From assembly GCA_951406725.2 (NCBI GenBank), contig OX597823.1, forward strand, positions 94,116,001 to 94,180,000: a stretch of DNA of 64,000 bases, in the 5' to 3' direction. The notes under the pieces were generated by a model, which made no database searches, was not told the origin of the DNA, and saw nothing but the letters and a program-made list of their open reading frames with translations. How positions within the stretch are numbered: the first letter of the stretch is position 1; each line of letters opens with the position of its first letter. This stretch comes from Octopus vulgaris (Eukaryota). Position numbers and translations under genes: made by a program. Positions 1-12,450 of this stretch are shown here, in pieces.

Positions 1-339
1 TTATGTCGTCATAAGAATCATAGCAAAACGGTGAGAGATAAAAATGCGTCTGTCAGTTCAAAGTGTGATAAATTTGATATGCTGTCTACAAGCCTGTTTG
101 TAGATATCTATTTGACGATATTCATCTGACAGTCGACAAAACACAAGTTGAAATGCTTCATTATGATGGCAACGGAAAAGTCAAAGTTATTCAGCAAACA
201 TGGCACCTTTTTTCCCAACAATAATCTCCACAGAATAAAAAAAATCCGGCGAAATCTTAGTATCGAAACTTGTTCTCAGTAACAACGTTATTTCTATTGA
301 AAACGTGAAACGATACGAGTTATAGTTTCTCTTGTATTG

Positions 340-401
<62 letters not shown>

Positions 402-436
402 TATATACATATATATACATATGTATAAATACATAC

Positions 437-767
437 AACAATTGCAGCGTGGAAGGTGTTTGTAAGCCATTTAAGAAACACACAAAAGCCGTTCGATTCA
501 CTTCAACATTTAAGTTTAATTTGTCAAAATATTTTCGTCGCTAAAATCCGCGACCTGTTCACTGAGATGCAGCACGAATTTTTGTCAGTGAACAGGTCGC
601 GGAATTTAGCGACGAAAATATTTTGACAAATTAAACTTAAATGTTGAAGTGAATCGAACGGCTTTTATGTGTTTCTTAAATGGCTTACAAACACCTTCCA
701 CGCTGCAATTGTTTTCGTTCCAACACACGATCTCAGATCAAATCACTTGCTATGCGAGTACATCTCC
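437..767. mobile_element. Fold-back (inverted) PLE-like pseudo-LTR pair between (TA)n tracts
   Basis: Arms 437-565 and 585-713 are near-perfect reverse complements around a 19-bp spacer; right arm continues with unique sequence to ~767; (TA)n on both sides; each arm carries an HHR-like fold. Confidence 0.7.
581..630 (+). ncRNA. Minimal type-I hammerhead-like motif, G3:C8 core variant
   Basis: tttgtca GTGAACA g gtcgc-ggaattta-gcgac GAA AATATT T tgacaaa: 7-bp helix I, 5-bp helix II, palindromic helix III; partial mirror copy at 520-565 (-). Confidence 0.6.
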
Positions 768-833
768 TATATATACATATATATATAAAATTAATCAAAG
801 GACATACTAATAATAATAATAATTATTATTATT

Positions 834-897
834 ATCGAACTCGGAATCTTGGGGTTAGTAGCCCGCGCTCTTAACCACCATGCCATATGCCCGTGGG
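834..897 (-). mobile_element. tRNA-derived SINE-like head (same family as 4102-4193)
   Basis: Reverse complement GGCATATGGCATGGTGGTTAAGAGCGCGGGCTACTAACCCCAAGATTCCGAGTTCGAT has box A-like and box B (GTTCGA) motifs; followed on - strand by (AAT)n. Confidence 0.7.
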
Positions 898-1699
898 CTA
901 TTATGGGGCGAATTTTAAGGCTTATAAATCTAATATTTTCCTGTCCTTTCTTAATACCGGTTCCCATATGCTATTCATATCTGCACTCGCTCAGCTTAGA
1001 AGGTTATTGTGTCCTAACGTATGTGCTGCTTCTTTTAGTTTTCGTATTTTCCACTGGTGTTCTCTGTCTTTTATTTTAACTTCATCCCACAGGGGAATGT
1101 GCTTAGATATAATTGAAAGTTTAACGAGAGAAAATGAGGACAGTACAGATATGCATTCATATAATACAACACAACAAAACATTTCAGTTGAAGTTATATT
1201 AGTCATTATAAGGGCAGTATTTGTCAACACAATGCTTTGAATTTCTGTGAGACATGGGTCTCCTGGGATGTTATCTAGACGTTTTTAAAATCCCTTTTTA
1301 ATTCATACAAAGAGTACTTCGAACAAGAGTGACACATTGCACTTCAGGATGCTACATCCATTGTATTTCAGTTTCCAAGCCCTTATATTTACTGAGCTTG
1401 TCAAATTCCTTGATAGACATTTTCTTATTTTGATGAAACAGTTATATCTATTTAACAAGTTCATATATACATTCATTGAGTCTTTTGTTAAACTTTTGCG
1501 CGAAAAAAAGTTCACCTTACATTTATGAAACAATGATTCCGATCAATAATATTATATAGAAGTGTATGTGTGTAATTTCTGCGTGTGTATATGTATACAT
1601 ATACAGATATCTATCTATAATTTATGCATATAATATATATATAAATTATATATATATATATACGTACATATATATATATACATATATATATATATTTAT

Positions 1700-1734
<35 letters not shown>

Positions 1735-2827
1735 CATATATATACGTACATATATATATATATATATATATACGTACATATATATATATATATATATATA
1801 TGTACATATACACACACATTTATACATGTATATACATATATACGTATGTATGTATATGAGAAAAGATGTGATGGTAGTGAGGCGGGTGAGAGGTATATAG
1901 AATTATGTTTTGGTCACTACACATTATTTTGAAACAAAACAAACACAAATATATCATCTCCTATTTGCTATTTGACACCACCGTCGAGAGGCTATTGATT
2001 CTTGTCTCTAAACCTATTTTTCAATCCCACACACTCGACGGCAAAGATTCAGTCAAGCGATTAATTTCTTTCTTTATTTTTACTTTATTTTTGTATCTGA
2101 GGTGAGCGTTGTAATTATCGTTTCTCTTGCTAAGCTAAGCTGCGAGAAGGAAATTAAAATAATGTTTTCTCTTCTTTTGTCTCGCCTTTTATCAGACCGC
2201 GATATTTTTAGAAGCCAGCGAAATTTGGGGGGAATTGTCAAAAACGTCCATTACTTTTTGATAATAGATCGAGTAAGAGTTTGCTTCCTGTTCGTCCAGT
2301 TTATGATGTAATTGTTTGTGATTATAATTTCTTTGTTTGTTTGTTTGTATTACTTTCATTAGGCTAAATGTTTTTTTAGTCATTGTTGTGGCCGTGTTTG
2401 ATATTATTGTTGTTGTGCAGCTGATGTTTTTGTTTTGTGTTGAACAACCTCGGTAAGATCTTCTTAAACGTGACTCACACGACAGATTATCAAATGTAGG
2501 AGCCCCTATTTTCCTGTTGATCCTCAAATTTAAAATATGATGAACCTATTTTCTCAGAAGTTTACTTACAGTATCCAGATTAGCTTTTAGATTCTATTAA
2601 ACGTTTACTGCTAAGATTGAAAATGGGTGAACAAGGAATTGCTTAACAGCGCAAAATCAGAGGTTCAGTGGAAGTCGATATAGCGTCAGTGCTTGAATGG
2701 CATAGCATTTCAAATCCCAAAGACCAAGAAGAAATGTCGCTAAGCATTTCGCCCGACACGCTGAGTTTCTGACAGCCTACCGCCTTCATTTTATATATTA
2801 TATTTTAAATACATATATATATAAAGT

Positions 2828-2962
2828 TACTCTTTTACTTGTTTCAGTCATTTGACTGCGATGCAGGAGAACTGCTTTTAGTCGAGCAAATCGACCCCAA
2901 GACTTTTTCTTTGTAAGCCTAGTACTTATTCTATCGCTCTCTTTGACGAACCGCTAAGTTAC
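2828..2962 (-). mobile_element. SINE family A, 3' fragment
   Basis: tactcttttacttgtttcagtcatttgactgcg...gaaccgctaagttacg is the reverse complement of the 3' half of the copies at 24180 and 38430. Confidence 0.8.
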
Positions 2963-3257
2963 GCCTATAAACAAATATGATTTCTGATGAACTTCTAGAC
3001 AATTATGAACTTATTTTACTTGCCTATTTTGAACACTTATATAAACTGTTTAAAAGCAAAGCCTCTCTTAGCATATTTTTACCGTTGTCAAAGATTCTAT
3101 TTCTTAATATTTTCTTATAATTGTCAAAGACTCTATCACTGTATTTCAATACATCTATGTTAACTAATTTTTAGCAACACAAAGGCTACACAAACCCTTA
3201 CACTTTTAAAGTCAATAAGCAACTTTAAAAGACCTGTGCGTTTTCAAATCCGCTCCC

Positions 3258-3325
<68 letters not shown>

Positions 3326-3329
3326 ATAT

Positions 3330-3365
<36 letters not shown>

Positions 3366-3384
3366 CATACATATATATACATGT

Positions 3385-3447
<63 letters not shown>

Positions 3448-3479
3448 CACAATACCACAGTAACGACGAGACCATCACA

Positions 3480-3735
3480 GATTGTTATACACCACCAGTC
3501 ACAATGTGCTTCCAATTCTGTCTTGATGGCACTATTCTTTTCCATCTTGACCCAAACTTTTCACTAAATCCTCTTCCCATCATTGTGGAGGTCTTCCAAG
3601 TGGCCTTTTCCAACTTCTTGGATACCACTCTGCAACTGCATGGCACCACCTGTTGTCTATGAACCTTGCGACATGTCCAGATCAGTGGAACATATGATAT
3701 TAGCATTCTGCGATAACTTCGTTCTCTTCGGTCCG
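3480..3735 (-). mobile_element. RTE-clade LINE, degenerate C-terminal fragment
   Basis: Minus strand reads GHVARFIDNRWCHAVAEWYPRSWKRPLGRPPQ*WEED, matching the RTE-type GHxxR...W...GRPxxRW.D tail. Confidence 0.75.
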
Positions 3736-3900
3736 TTCTTGAATTAACTCTCTCATTATATATTATGTTATATTATATCGAAATGTAATACAATGTAGGT
3801 ATAATATTAATAAAACAGTTCTATATTTAAGAGATGAGGAATTATGTACATTATTTACATTTGACGTATATTTCTCCTCATCTTTCATTTTTTGTAATTA

Positions 3901-3944
3901 ACACAACGTTTCGGTTGATATACTTTCCAACCTTCTTCAGGTGT
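3901..3944 (-). ncRNA. Minimal type-I hammerhead ribozyme
   Basis: Reverse complement acac CTGAAGA a ggttg-gaaagtatat-caacc GAA AC GT T gtgt: canonical core, 5-bp helix II, ACGT palindromic helix III, 4-bp helix I. Confidence 0.8.
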
Positions 3945-4206
3945 CTTGGGGAACTTTCGAACCTGGGTTCTCATTGCTAAGATATTTTTCGAAGTAGTTA
4001 GTATTATTATTATTATTATTTTCATCATCATCATCATCATCATCATCATTATTATTATTATCATTATTATCATCATCATCATCATCATCATCATCATTAT
4101 TCCACTGCCTGGAATCGAACTCTGGATCTTGGGGTTAGTAGACCGCGCTCTTAATCACTACCCCAAGATTCCGAGTTCGATTCCAAGCATTGACCTGAAT
4201 AATAAT

Positions 4207-4271
<65 letters not shown>

Positions 4272-4330
4272 CAACAACGACATCGTAAAATATCTTAGGA
4301 AGGAGAACCCAGGTTCAGAATTCCCCCAAA

Positions 4331-4380
4331 ACACTTGATGAAGACTGGGGGGGGGGGGGTTATCAGCCGAAATGTTGTGT
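4331..4380 (+). ncRNA. Degenerate hammerhead copy (homologue of 3901-3944)
   Basis: acac TTGATGA a gactg-(G)n ttat-cagcc GAA ATGT T gtgt; C3>T and helix mismatches. Confidence 0.6.
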
Positions 4381-5542
4381 TAACAACAAACAAGATAAGG
4401 ACAAATATCCGCCAAATGTAAATAATGTAAATATTAATAATGTTTATGCAAATTTGGAACCGCTCTAGCTGAAATATTTTGGCTCAGAAAAACTTCCCAA
4501 AGGTGTGTTTCTTAGCGCACCTATATTTTAATCACATGCTCTTTCAATGGTTTATACCCATTCCTATAATATTAATATAAATTATTATATTGATAATAAT
4601 AATAATAATAATGAGGAGGAAGCGGAGGAGGAGGAGGACGCGTACCGTACAATATTGTCAATAACATAACAGATGACAATATGCAGAGACATGTACACAC
4701 AAAAAAATATCGACAACAGCATTACATAATAATGATTTCTTTTATGATTATATAATAATAACAAAAATGCTAACATCAAACACATTGGAACGATATCAAC
4801 TGCAAGACGACAACAACAACAACAACAAAAATGTATTGACAACAATAACAAAAGCCTTAGAAACATTAACAGGAACAACGATATAACATCGCAAAAAAGT
4901 GTAAGGCGTTGACATCAAAAAACCAACATGAACAACATCGATAAATACACAGCGACAAATCAGAGCTACAACGACGAAAATAACGTAGGACAATCTGAGA
5001 AAGATAAACTGTAACAAAAAGGAAAAATACTGAAGAAAAAGGAGCGAGAAAATCGAAAATGAATCTATATGAAAGATGAGAAAATAAGAAAAACAGGGAA
5101 GAAATCCTATCTCGTTCCAAGAATTATATGCCTGATATTACATAATATAATTTTAGTTTTCTAAAGACGAAGCAAGGCAGAGCTATAGAAATCTTTAAAA
5201 TAAAGAAATAAAATATATAATACGATATAAACAGAAGTCTTTAACATGAAACTAAATTCCTAGATGAAGGGAAAAATAGATCTTAAGCGATGTTGCTGAA
5301 CAAGGCTAAACTGAAAAGAGCGATGCTATATATAATTCGTGTGAAGATTGACTGATAGAAAATGGCGTGTGTCCAAAATCAATGAGATGCTATTAGGGAA
5401 AAAGTGAGACATCTTTTCGTTCTTGAAATAGTTTGTTTCACACCTCCAGCTTGTGTATATGTAAGTGTACTAGCAATTTGTTGCGTATGTGTATAGATTT
5501 GGATGTGAGTATTCAAGGGAAATGTTGTTTGTGTGTATGTAT

Positions 5543-5584
<42 letters not shown>

Positions 5585-5665
5585 GCACACAACATTTCCC
5601 TTGGATCGGGAGTGAATGAGCAAGAGAAATGATGTGTGTGTATATATACATACACACACACAGAA

Positions 5666-5720
<55 letters not shown>

Positions 5721-5724
<4 letters not shown>

Positions 5725-6472
5725 CATTATAAATATAGGGTAAAAAATTATTAATTTATAATTAATAAATTTTACCAAGTAGCTTTCGGTATGGAAAAGA
5801 ACCATATACGGTAAAATATGTAGCGAAAAGAAATAACGGTTTTTTTAGCTGCTATTTCTAAATTTTCGGTATGTGGTGAAGCAACTCGTTGCTAAACCCT
5901 TAATTATTGTTATAATTATATATAAAACTTCTTGTATAAGTTTTCACCGAATATGGTTCTTTTCCATACCGAAAATTACTTGGTAAAATGTATTAATTAT
6001 AAATTAATAATTTTTAACCCTATATCTATAATGATTATTTCACCCCCTGGTAACAAAAAGCTGCGGATCTCTTTCTGCAGTACTGTCACGTGACACACAT
6101 GGTAAACTTGGAGGGAAATATGAATTTCACTCGTCTATATAAGTTTGGATATGCTAACAGCCTTGTTATATTGTTCTGATGGCGCTTGGTAGAGAAATGC
6201 AAAGGGTAAGTTTTCTAGCATTTTCAAATTTATAACTCTTGAAATATTATGTCGATAAAGGAAATGAATTTTTATATTTCTAATCCAGAAACGCATCCAT
6301 AATTAATCGAAGACTGTTTGATTTCATTATTTTCGTTTCTTTTACCTGTTTGAGTTACAAATATTATTATCTGTGGAGTCATATTCTGTAGCGAAAAGAA
6401 ATAACGGTCTTTTGGTTGCTATTTCTAAACTTTTGGTATGTGGTGTTGCTAAACCCTTAATTATTGTTATAA
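5721..6472 (+). mobile_element. PLE-like pseudo-LTR, partial tandem with 5' inversion, in (TA)n
   Basis: Inverted arms 5721-5816 and 5941-6037; segment B repeated directly at 5819-5915 and 6387-6472; HHR-like motif 6247-6302; TA-rich tracts on both sides. Confidence 0.65.
6247..6302 (+). ncRNA. Degenerate hammerhead-like motif, U3:A8 variant
   Basis: ttatg TCGATAA agga...tcca GAA ACGCAT C cataa: 5-bp helix I ttatg/cataa; similar position relative to segment B as the HHR at 22856-22946. Confidence 0.5.
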
Positions 6473-6843
6473 ATATATATTTATATATATATACACACGT
6501 AACTCCTGTTTATTTGTGATTCATCAATTTATATACAAACATATGTATATATATATATATAAATATAAATACACAAATATATATATGCATATATATATGT
6601 ATGTATGTATTTATGTATGTATGTATGTATGTATATGTATATACATATATATATGTACATATGTATATTTGTATATATTCTACATATATGTGTGTGTATT
6701 ATAATATACATATATAGATATATACATATACATATATATATATATATATATATACCGGAGTAAACACATAAATGTGAAACAAGGTGGAAAAAAGAGTACT
6801 CAAATACCAGTGGTAGAGTAATATGCTTTATTTTAAGCAGCAG

Positions 6844-7047
6844 AAAATTCTGGACAGGGCGGCACCATACAGGCATGGAGCTTACAAATATAATTTCAAG
6901 TGCAGGCTTTGCTTATTAGAAAAAATGCATATATTATTCAAAGACAATAATTCTTTGAATCAAAGAAGTGAATTAATGAACAAGGCACAAGGCACAAGGC
7001 ACAAGGCTAAATTTAAAATGTCGAATATAAATATACCATATGGATAG
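6844..7047 (+). pseudogene. Penelope-like ORF remnant, C-terminal end of the GIY-YIG endonuclease region
   Basis: KILDRAAPY...[13 protein letters not shown]...LNQRSELMNK...RHKAKFK fits the PLE C-terminal pattern CxLCLxEKxxI...LNxRSE...RH; the ATG at 6823 comes from the inverted pLTR; a (caaggca)n slippage interrupts the end. Confidence 0.75.
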
Positions 7048-8059
7048 AGTATATATTTTGTATTTTGATTTTTTGATTTTGATTTTGACTCTTGAGCGCT
7101 ACAACGGACCTATAGCAAAGTCTTATTGTTTCTACATATATATTAGGAAAAACCTACAAACTTTGTTTTCATGTTATTGTATTGCATAAGATTACCTTGA
7201 TTATTTATATTACCTTGATTATTTATAAATGACCCAAAATAGGATGTTATATTTTATTTTATAGGTCTTTCGTATATATTTTTATTAATGCACCCATTTT
7301 TTAAAAGCAATGTTTTTTTATAAAAAAAGCAATGTTGTCAAATTTAGAATGTTTATATAAGTTTGTGTAAAGCAAAGCATATGTATTTGTAAGCATGCGT
7401 ATCTGTGTATGTGTGAGTGAAAGTATGCTTGTGCTTAAGCACACATATACACGACGGTATGTATATGTATCAATTCAAACTTGTGTATGTATACAGGCCT
7501 CTATAGATGCCAAATAGCATCGCTACAAGTTTTTTCCCCACCCCTCCTCCGTTCCTTTTTCTCTCTTTCCCTTTCTTTCGTTCCCCCTCCTTGCTCAGTA
7601 TATGAGAATTGCTACATAGATGAATTTTAGCTTGCGTGCGAGACGGTTTGCGTGAATATATGTACACATGCTTTTATGTGTATAATTTAGATTCATATTC
7701 ATACGTCTGTATATGTATGTATGGCGTTTACGCGCATCCTTTTGTGTATGTTGATATATATATGTGGATTTTTATATAAATATGTATTGCAGTATTTATA
7801 ACAGGTTTAATTTCTATGCATTAATTTGTACTGTCTTCATTAACGGCAACAGGTTTTTTCCTCGGTATTTTCCTCGGATTTTATAATTTTTATAAGTTTT
7901 CATATATATATATACATATATTTTGACCTTTTTGTTTATCGCTCGAAGATTGACCGTTTTTTTCTAAAGGGCCAATCAAACAAGTCCATTTCTTTTTAAA
8001 GGTGTAGCGTTTGTAAGAGTATAGATTGAATTAATATATATGTTCCATTCTAGCAAAAA

Positions 8060-8097
8060 CTGTCTGATGAACGGCAACGAGAAACTCAGAGTAACAG
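8060..8097 (+). ncRNA. Type-I hammerhead ribozyme in PLE 3' pLTR
   Basis: ctgt CTGATGA a cg-GCAA-cg a GAA ACTC-A-GAGT A acag: canonical core, GUA cleavage triplet 8091-8093, GNRA loop on a short helix II. Confidence 0.85.
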
Positions 8098-8129
8098 ATT
8101 TTGTTAAATTTTCTGCTGCTTAAAATAAA

Positions 8130-8391
<262 letters not shown>

Positions 8392-8881
8392 TCCTTTCTA
8401 CTATTTGCACAAGGCCTGACATTGTCACTTTGCTCTTCTTTCTAATGCTAGAAAATGTATATCAGGTATCTATATTAACAGCAATATTTCGGCAATGTTT
8501 GGCCCCTTACTACATAGGTTTGTGAATTTTGTAAGAGTTATCTTCCATTTCGTCTTAATGTACACTCTGTGGCGTTATGTTGTGAAAGTAGTAAACATCA
8601 CACAATAGTAAGTAAAACAAAAATATATATATATATTAAGAAATATATAAATAAATATCTTTCTGAAATATAAAGATTGAATATTTGAAAAGAAAAAAAG
8701 AAAAATTTAATTAATTAATTTAAAAAAGTATATTTTGATCTCATAAATTATGCATGAAAATATATTTGTGTGAATGAATATTATCAAAGTTTATATTTTG
8801 TTTCACATTGTATTTTTATTTATATTTAAATTTAGTTTCTTTTTTTTTGTTGCCAAATAATAATGAACAATATACATATAC

Positions 8882-8925
<44 letters not shown>

Positions 8926-9300
8926 GTGTGTACGTGTGCATGTGTGTTTTTGTGTAAATATATGTATATTGCATAATATATACATGTATTTTAAAACATA
9001 GAGACGGTATGTGTGTTTGTATGCATATTTAGGCGCTTGTAAGTGTGTCTTTGTTTTATGGTCTCCTATTCTTTGGAATTCTTTGAATTATTTCTATACG
9101 AGAAACAAAAGTGTATCGCTTGAATTCAGACAAAATTAATAAAGCCTTTACTAGCTCCAGTTTCTGCAAAGTCTTATTTTCAATGGTCCACCTTCAGATT
9201 AAGTTTTCTAAATACCAAACCATCGCTAATAAAAGAAATCATTATTCAAGCAATTATTTACGTTTCTACGTGTGTACGTAATCATACCTGTACGTATTTA

Positions 9301-10466
9301 TAATTATATTTGTCTTCTATTTTTATTCTGATAATTCTTCCTGTAGAAAGGGATTTCTAACCAAGAAATACATCCTTATCGCTGAAAATTTCATACCTTC
9401 AACAATAAGAGTGATGAATTTTAGAAAAAGCTTGCATATTCTTCTTATAGATTGAATTTTCAAGGTGTTTCTTTATGTTTTTTTTTTCGCTAAAATCCAC
9501 AGTTTGATGGATTAGCATTTCGACATATTGTCACATAACCAGTTACGCCATGTTTGTGCGTATACATTATTTAGAGGCAGAAAGCGGAGAGCTGGAAGAA
9601 CCGTAGGTACGCCGGGACAAAATCTTAGCGGCATTTCGTCTGTCTTAACGTTTAAATTCTGCCGAGGTTAACTTTGCCTTCCATCGTTTAGGGATCGGTG
9701 AAATAGTAGCAGTTACGTACTGGAGTCAATATGATGGACTATTCCCCACCCGAAAGTTTCAGGCTCTGTACTTTAGTAGAAAGGAATATTTAGAAGCCGT
9801 TATTCTAATTATGATGTATTTGCCATAGACGTGACTTGATCTAATATCGTGTTTTGAAGTTAAAACAATTACAGAAACATGCTAATAATTATATTTGTCT
9901 TCTATTTTTATTCTGATAATTCTTCCTGTAGAAATTCTAACCAAGAAATACATCCTTATCGCTGAAAATGTCATACCTTCAACAATAAGAGTGATGAATT
10001 TTAGAAAAAGCTTGCATATTCTTCTTATAGATTGAATTTTCAAGGTGTTTCTTTATGTTTTTTTTTTTCGCTAAAATCCACAGTTTGATGGATTAGCATT
10101 TCGACATATTGTCACATAACCAGTTACGCCATGTTTGTGCGTATACATTATTTAGAGGCAGAAAGCGGAGAGCTGGAAGAACCGTAGGTACGCCGGGACA
10201 AAATCTTAGCGGCATTTCGTCTGTCTTAACGTTTAAATTCTGCCGAGGTTAACTTTGTCTTCCATCGTTTAGGGATCGGTGAAATAGTAGCAGTTACGTA
10301 CTGGAGTCAATATGATGGACTATTCCCCACCCGAAAGTTTCAGGCTCTGTACTTTAGTAGAAAGGAATATTTAGAAGCCGTTATTCTAATTATGATGTAT
10401 TTGCCATAGACGTGACTTGATCTAATATCGTGTTTTGAAGTTAAAACAATTACAGAAACATGCTAA
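9301..10466 (+). repeat. Near-identical tandem duplication, ~585 bp unit, each containing an old SINE B copy
   Basis: Unit 1 9301-9885, unit 2 9886-10466; differ by a ~5-bp indel and a few substitutions; SINE B at ~9580-9790 and ~10160-10370. Confidence 0.9.
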
Positions 10467-11221
10467 CCGTTAAAAAGCAAACAAAACCTGTTAATTTCAG
10501 TCAATGATTTATTATTTAGTGTCAAAATTTTCGCGGCATCAACTGCACATAATTTTCTTCCACACTGTTGTTATTATAATTCATAGGTAAGCAAATGACC
10601 AAATCTTCCATATATCTGATTGTTCTAGCAGTCTCAAACAGACCAGTTGTGTTTCCCATCCCCTGACGGCTTCATGGATATTCTCAGCCAATATTTATGT
10701 TGAAGAACATAAGCCTACCCCAGCAGAAATATTTTCAAGGAAGATCCAAACGCTAGAAATGCAAAGCTGTGACCTATGTGAAACAGGCAAAAGGAAAAGA
10801 GGATGAGATCCCTTCATAAATCATACCAGTTTAAACAAAAGAACTGAAATTTTGAGAAGTGTTAACACTTTGAAAAGCACCACCTGCGCTAGTCAGAAAC
10901 ACTACTTTCAAACAACTAAAGTCATATGTACAGCAGGGCATCTGATATTGCGCGCTTAAACATTCATTGGTCTCCAAACATTTCCCCTAGCATATATATA
11001 TATATAATAGAATACAAAATGGGATAAGAACGCAAAACATCAGGACAACTAGGTGATACAAAAAGGGACAACAAAACATCCAGATAGGCGTTATATATAT
11101 GTGTGTGTGTGTGTGTGCGTGCGTGTGTGTGTGCGTGTGTGTGTCTGTCTGTCTTTCTGCCTGTCTCTGTATATGTATACATTTATATATATTATATATG
11201 TAATATATATATATATACATG

Positions 11222-11275
<54 letters not shown>

Positions 11276-11299
11276 TATATGTGTGTATATATATATATA

Positions 11300-12135
11300 A
11301 GGCGTAGATAGAAACTCTATAAGATATACCCAGTGTAAGTTATAGACACATAAGAGGTGCAACAATATCAAAGGAAGGCTAACTGGGAAGATAATTTTTG
11401 TATGTGGCACATGCTCAGGAGCAATAAAGGCTGAAAATATGCAGAGAACAACTTCCGCCAAATTCCAGGGAGAAAAACTAGTAGTAGTTGATAGCTTCCA
11501 TTACCTAGGTGACCAGGTCAGTAACGGAAGAGGGTGCCCTGAAAGTGTACCTGCTAGAATAAGAATAGCCTGGGCAAAGTTCAGAGAGATCTTACCTCTA
11601 CTGGTGACAAAGGTCCTCATGCTTAGAGTAAAAGGTAGACTGTATGACGCATGTGTAAGAACAACGATGCTACATGGTAGTGAAACATGGCCCGTGACTG
11701 CTGAGGACATGCGTAAACTCACAAGGAATGAAGCCAGTATGCTCCGATGGATGTGTAATGTCAGTGTGCATTCTCGACAGAGTGTAAGTACCTTGAGAGA
11801 AAAGTTGGACCTAAGAAGAGATGTGGTGTGCAACAGACGACTGCACTTGAGAGAAATGGAGTTGGATAACTGTGTGAAAAAGTGCCACACCCTAGCGATG
11901 TGGTTCGAGGTTGATCGTTACCGCGTCGCATACTGGCAGACAGACGACTGCACTCCTGTGCAGGTGGCACATATGGTCATGACTAACTGGCCTCGAGCCG
12001 GGGCACGTAAAGCACCCATTACACTCTCGGAGTGGTTGAGAATGGATGTGTAGATAACTGTGTGAAAATCTGTGCCACGCCCTAGCATGGATTGAGGGAA
12101 CCTGTGGAAGAGGTAAAAACCACCATTCGAGGTTG
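11300..12135 (+). mobile_element. RTE-clade LINE fragment (RT thumb and C-terminus), rearranged 3' end
   Basis: ORF 11439-12053: VVDSFHYLGDQVS...ARIRIAWAKFRE...KGRLYDACVRTTMLHGSETW; gataactgtgtgaaaa..gtgccac..cctagc is duplicated at ~11865 and ~12053. Confidence 0.85.
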
Positions 12136-12373
12136 ATATATATACCTGCGTCGAATACTGGCACTTGTTCTGGTGGCACGTGCAAAAAACCCGGAATTCA
12201 ATAAATTTTATATACAAACATAAGAGAGTAACCACTATGTGGTCGACTCTAGCACTAAAAATAGATCCGCTAGGTTTCAGCCACAAAGAATTGTTTCCGA
12301 TGAAAGTTAGCACGACTACTAGCGCAAAATGGTAAAATCTAGCGTGCGGTTGAGTAAATTGTATTCTGGACGG

Positions 12374-12450
12374 GTTCGGCTGAAGAGCTACAGATATGTT
12401 GTGTGAGTAAAATTACATAATTTATTAATAGCAAAACAATTGTCCTGAAC
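12374..12450 (+). ncRNA. Hammerhead ribozyme copy with G12>A substitution (probably inactive)
   Basis: gttcgg CTGAAGA gcta...tagc AAA ACAATTGT C ctgaac. Confidence 0.75.

Larger units (their letters stand above)
3815..4432. mobile_element. Divergent inverted pair of a tRNA-head + microsatellite + HHR element
   Basis: Minus unit: tRNA-like head 4102-4160, (GAT/AAT)n, body ~3815-3995. Plus unit: truncated head 4160-4193, (AAT)n, body ~4281-4432. Bodies share aaatatcttag..gagaacccaggttc, the HHR and aaatgtaaataatgta. Confidence 0.75.
6755..8130 (+). mobile_element. 5'-truncated Penelope-like element with inverted 5' pLTR piece, inserted in (TA)n
   Basis: 24-bp perfect inverted repeat 6826-6849 / 8107-8130; GIY-YIG-type C-terminus at 6844-7047; long 3' UTR; HHR at 8060-8097; (TA)n on both sides. 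Confidence 0.85.

Noticed and set aside
834-897. Functional tRNA gene (also 36838, 46705, 54335)
   Set aside because: No complete acceptor stem or poly-T terminator; these continue into repeat bodies or microsatellite, so they are SINE heads
11439-12053. 204-aa ORF as a host gene
   Set aside because: RTE retrotransposon remnant without the RT catalytic core and with a scrambled 3' end
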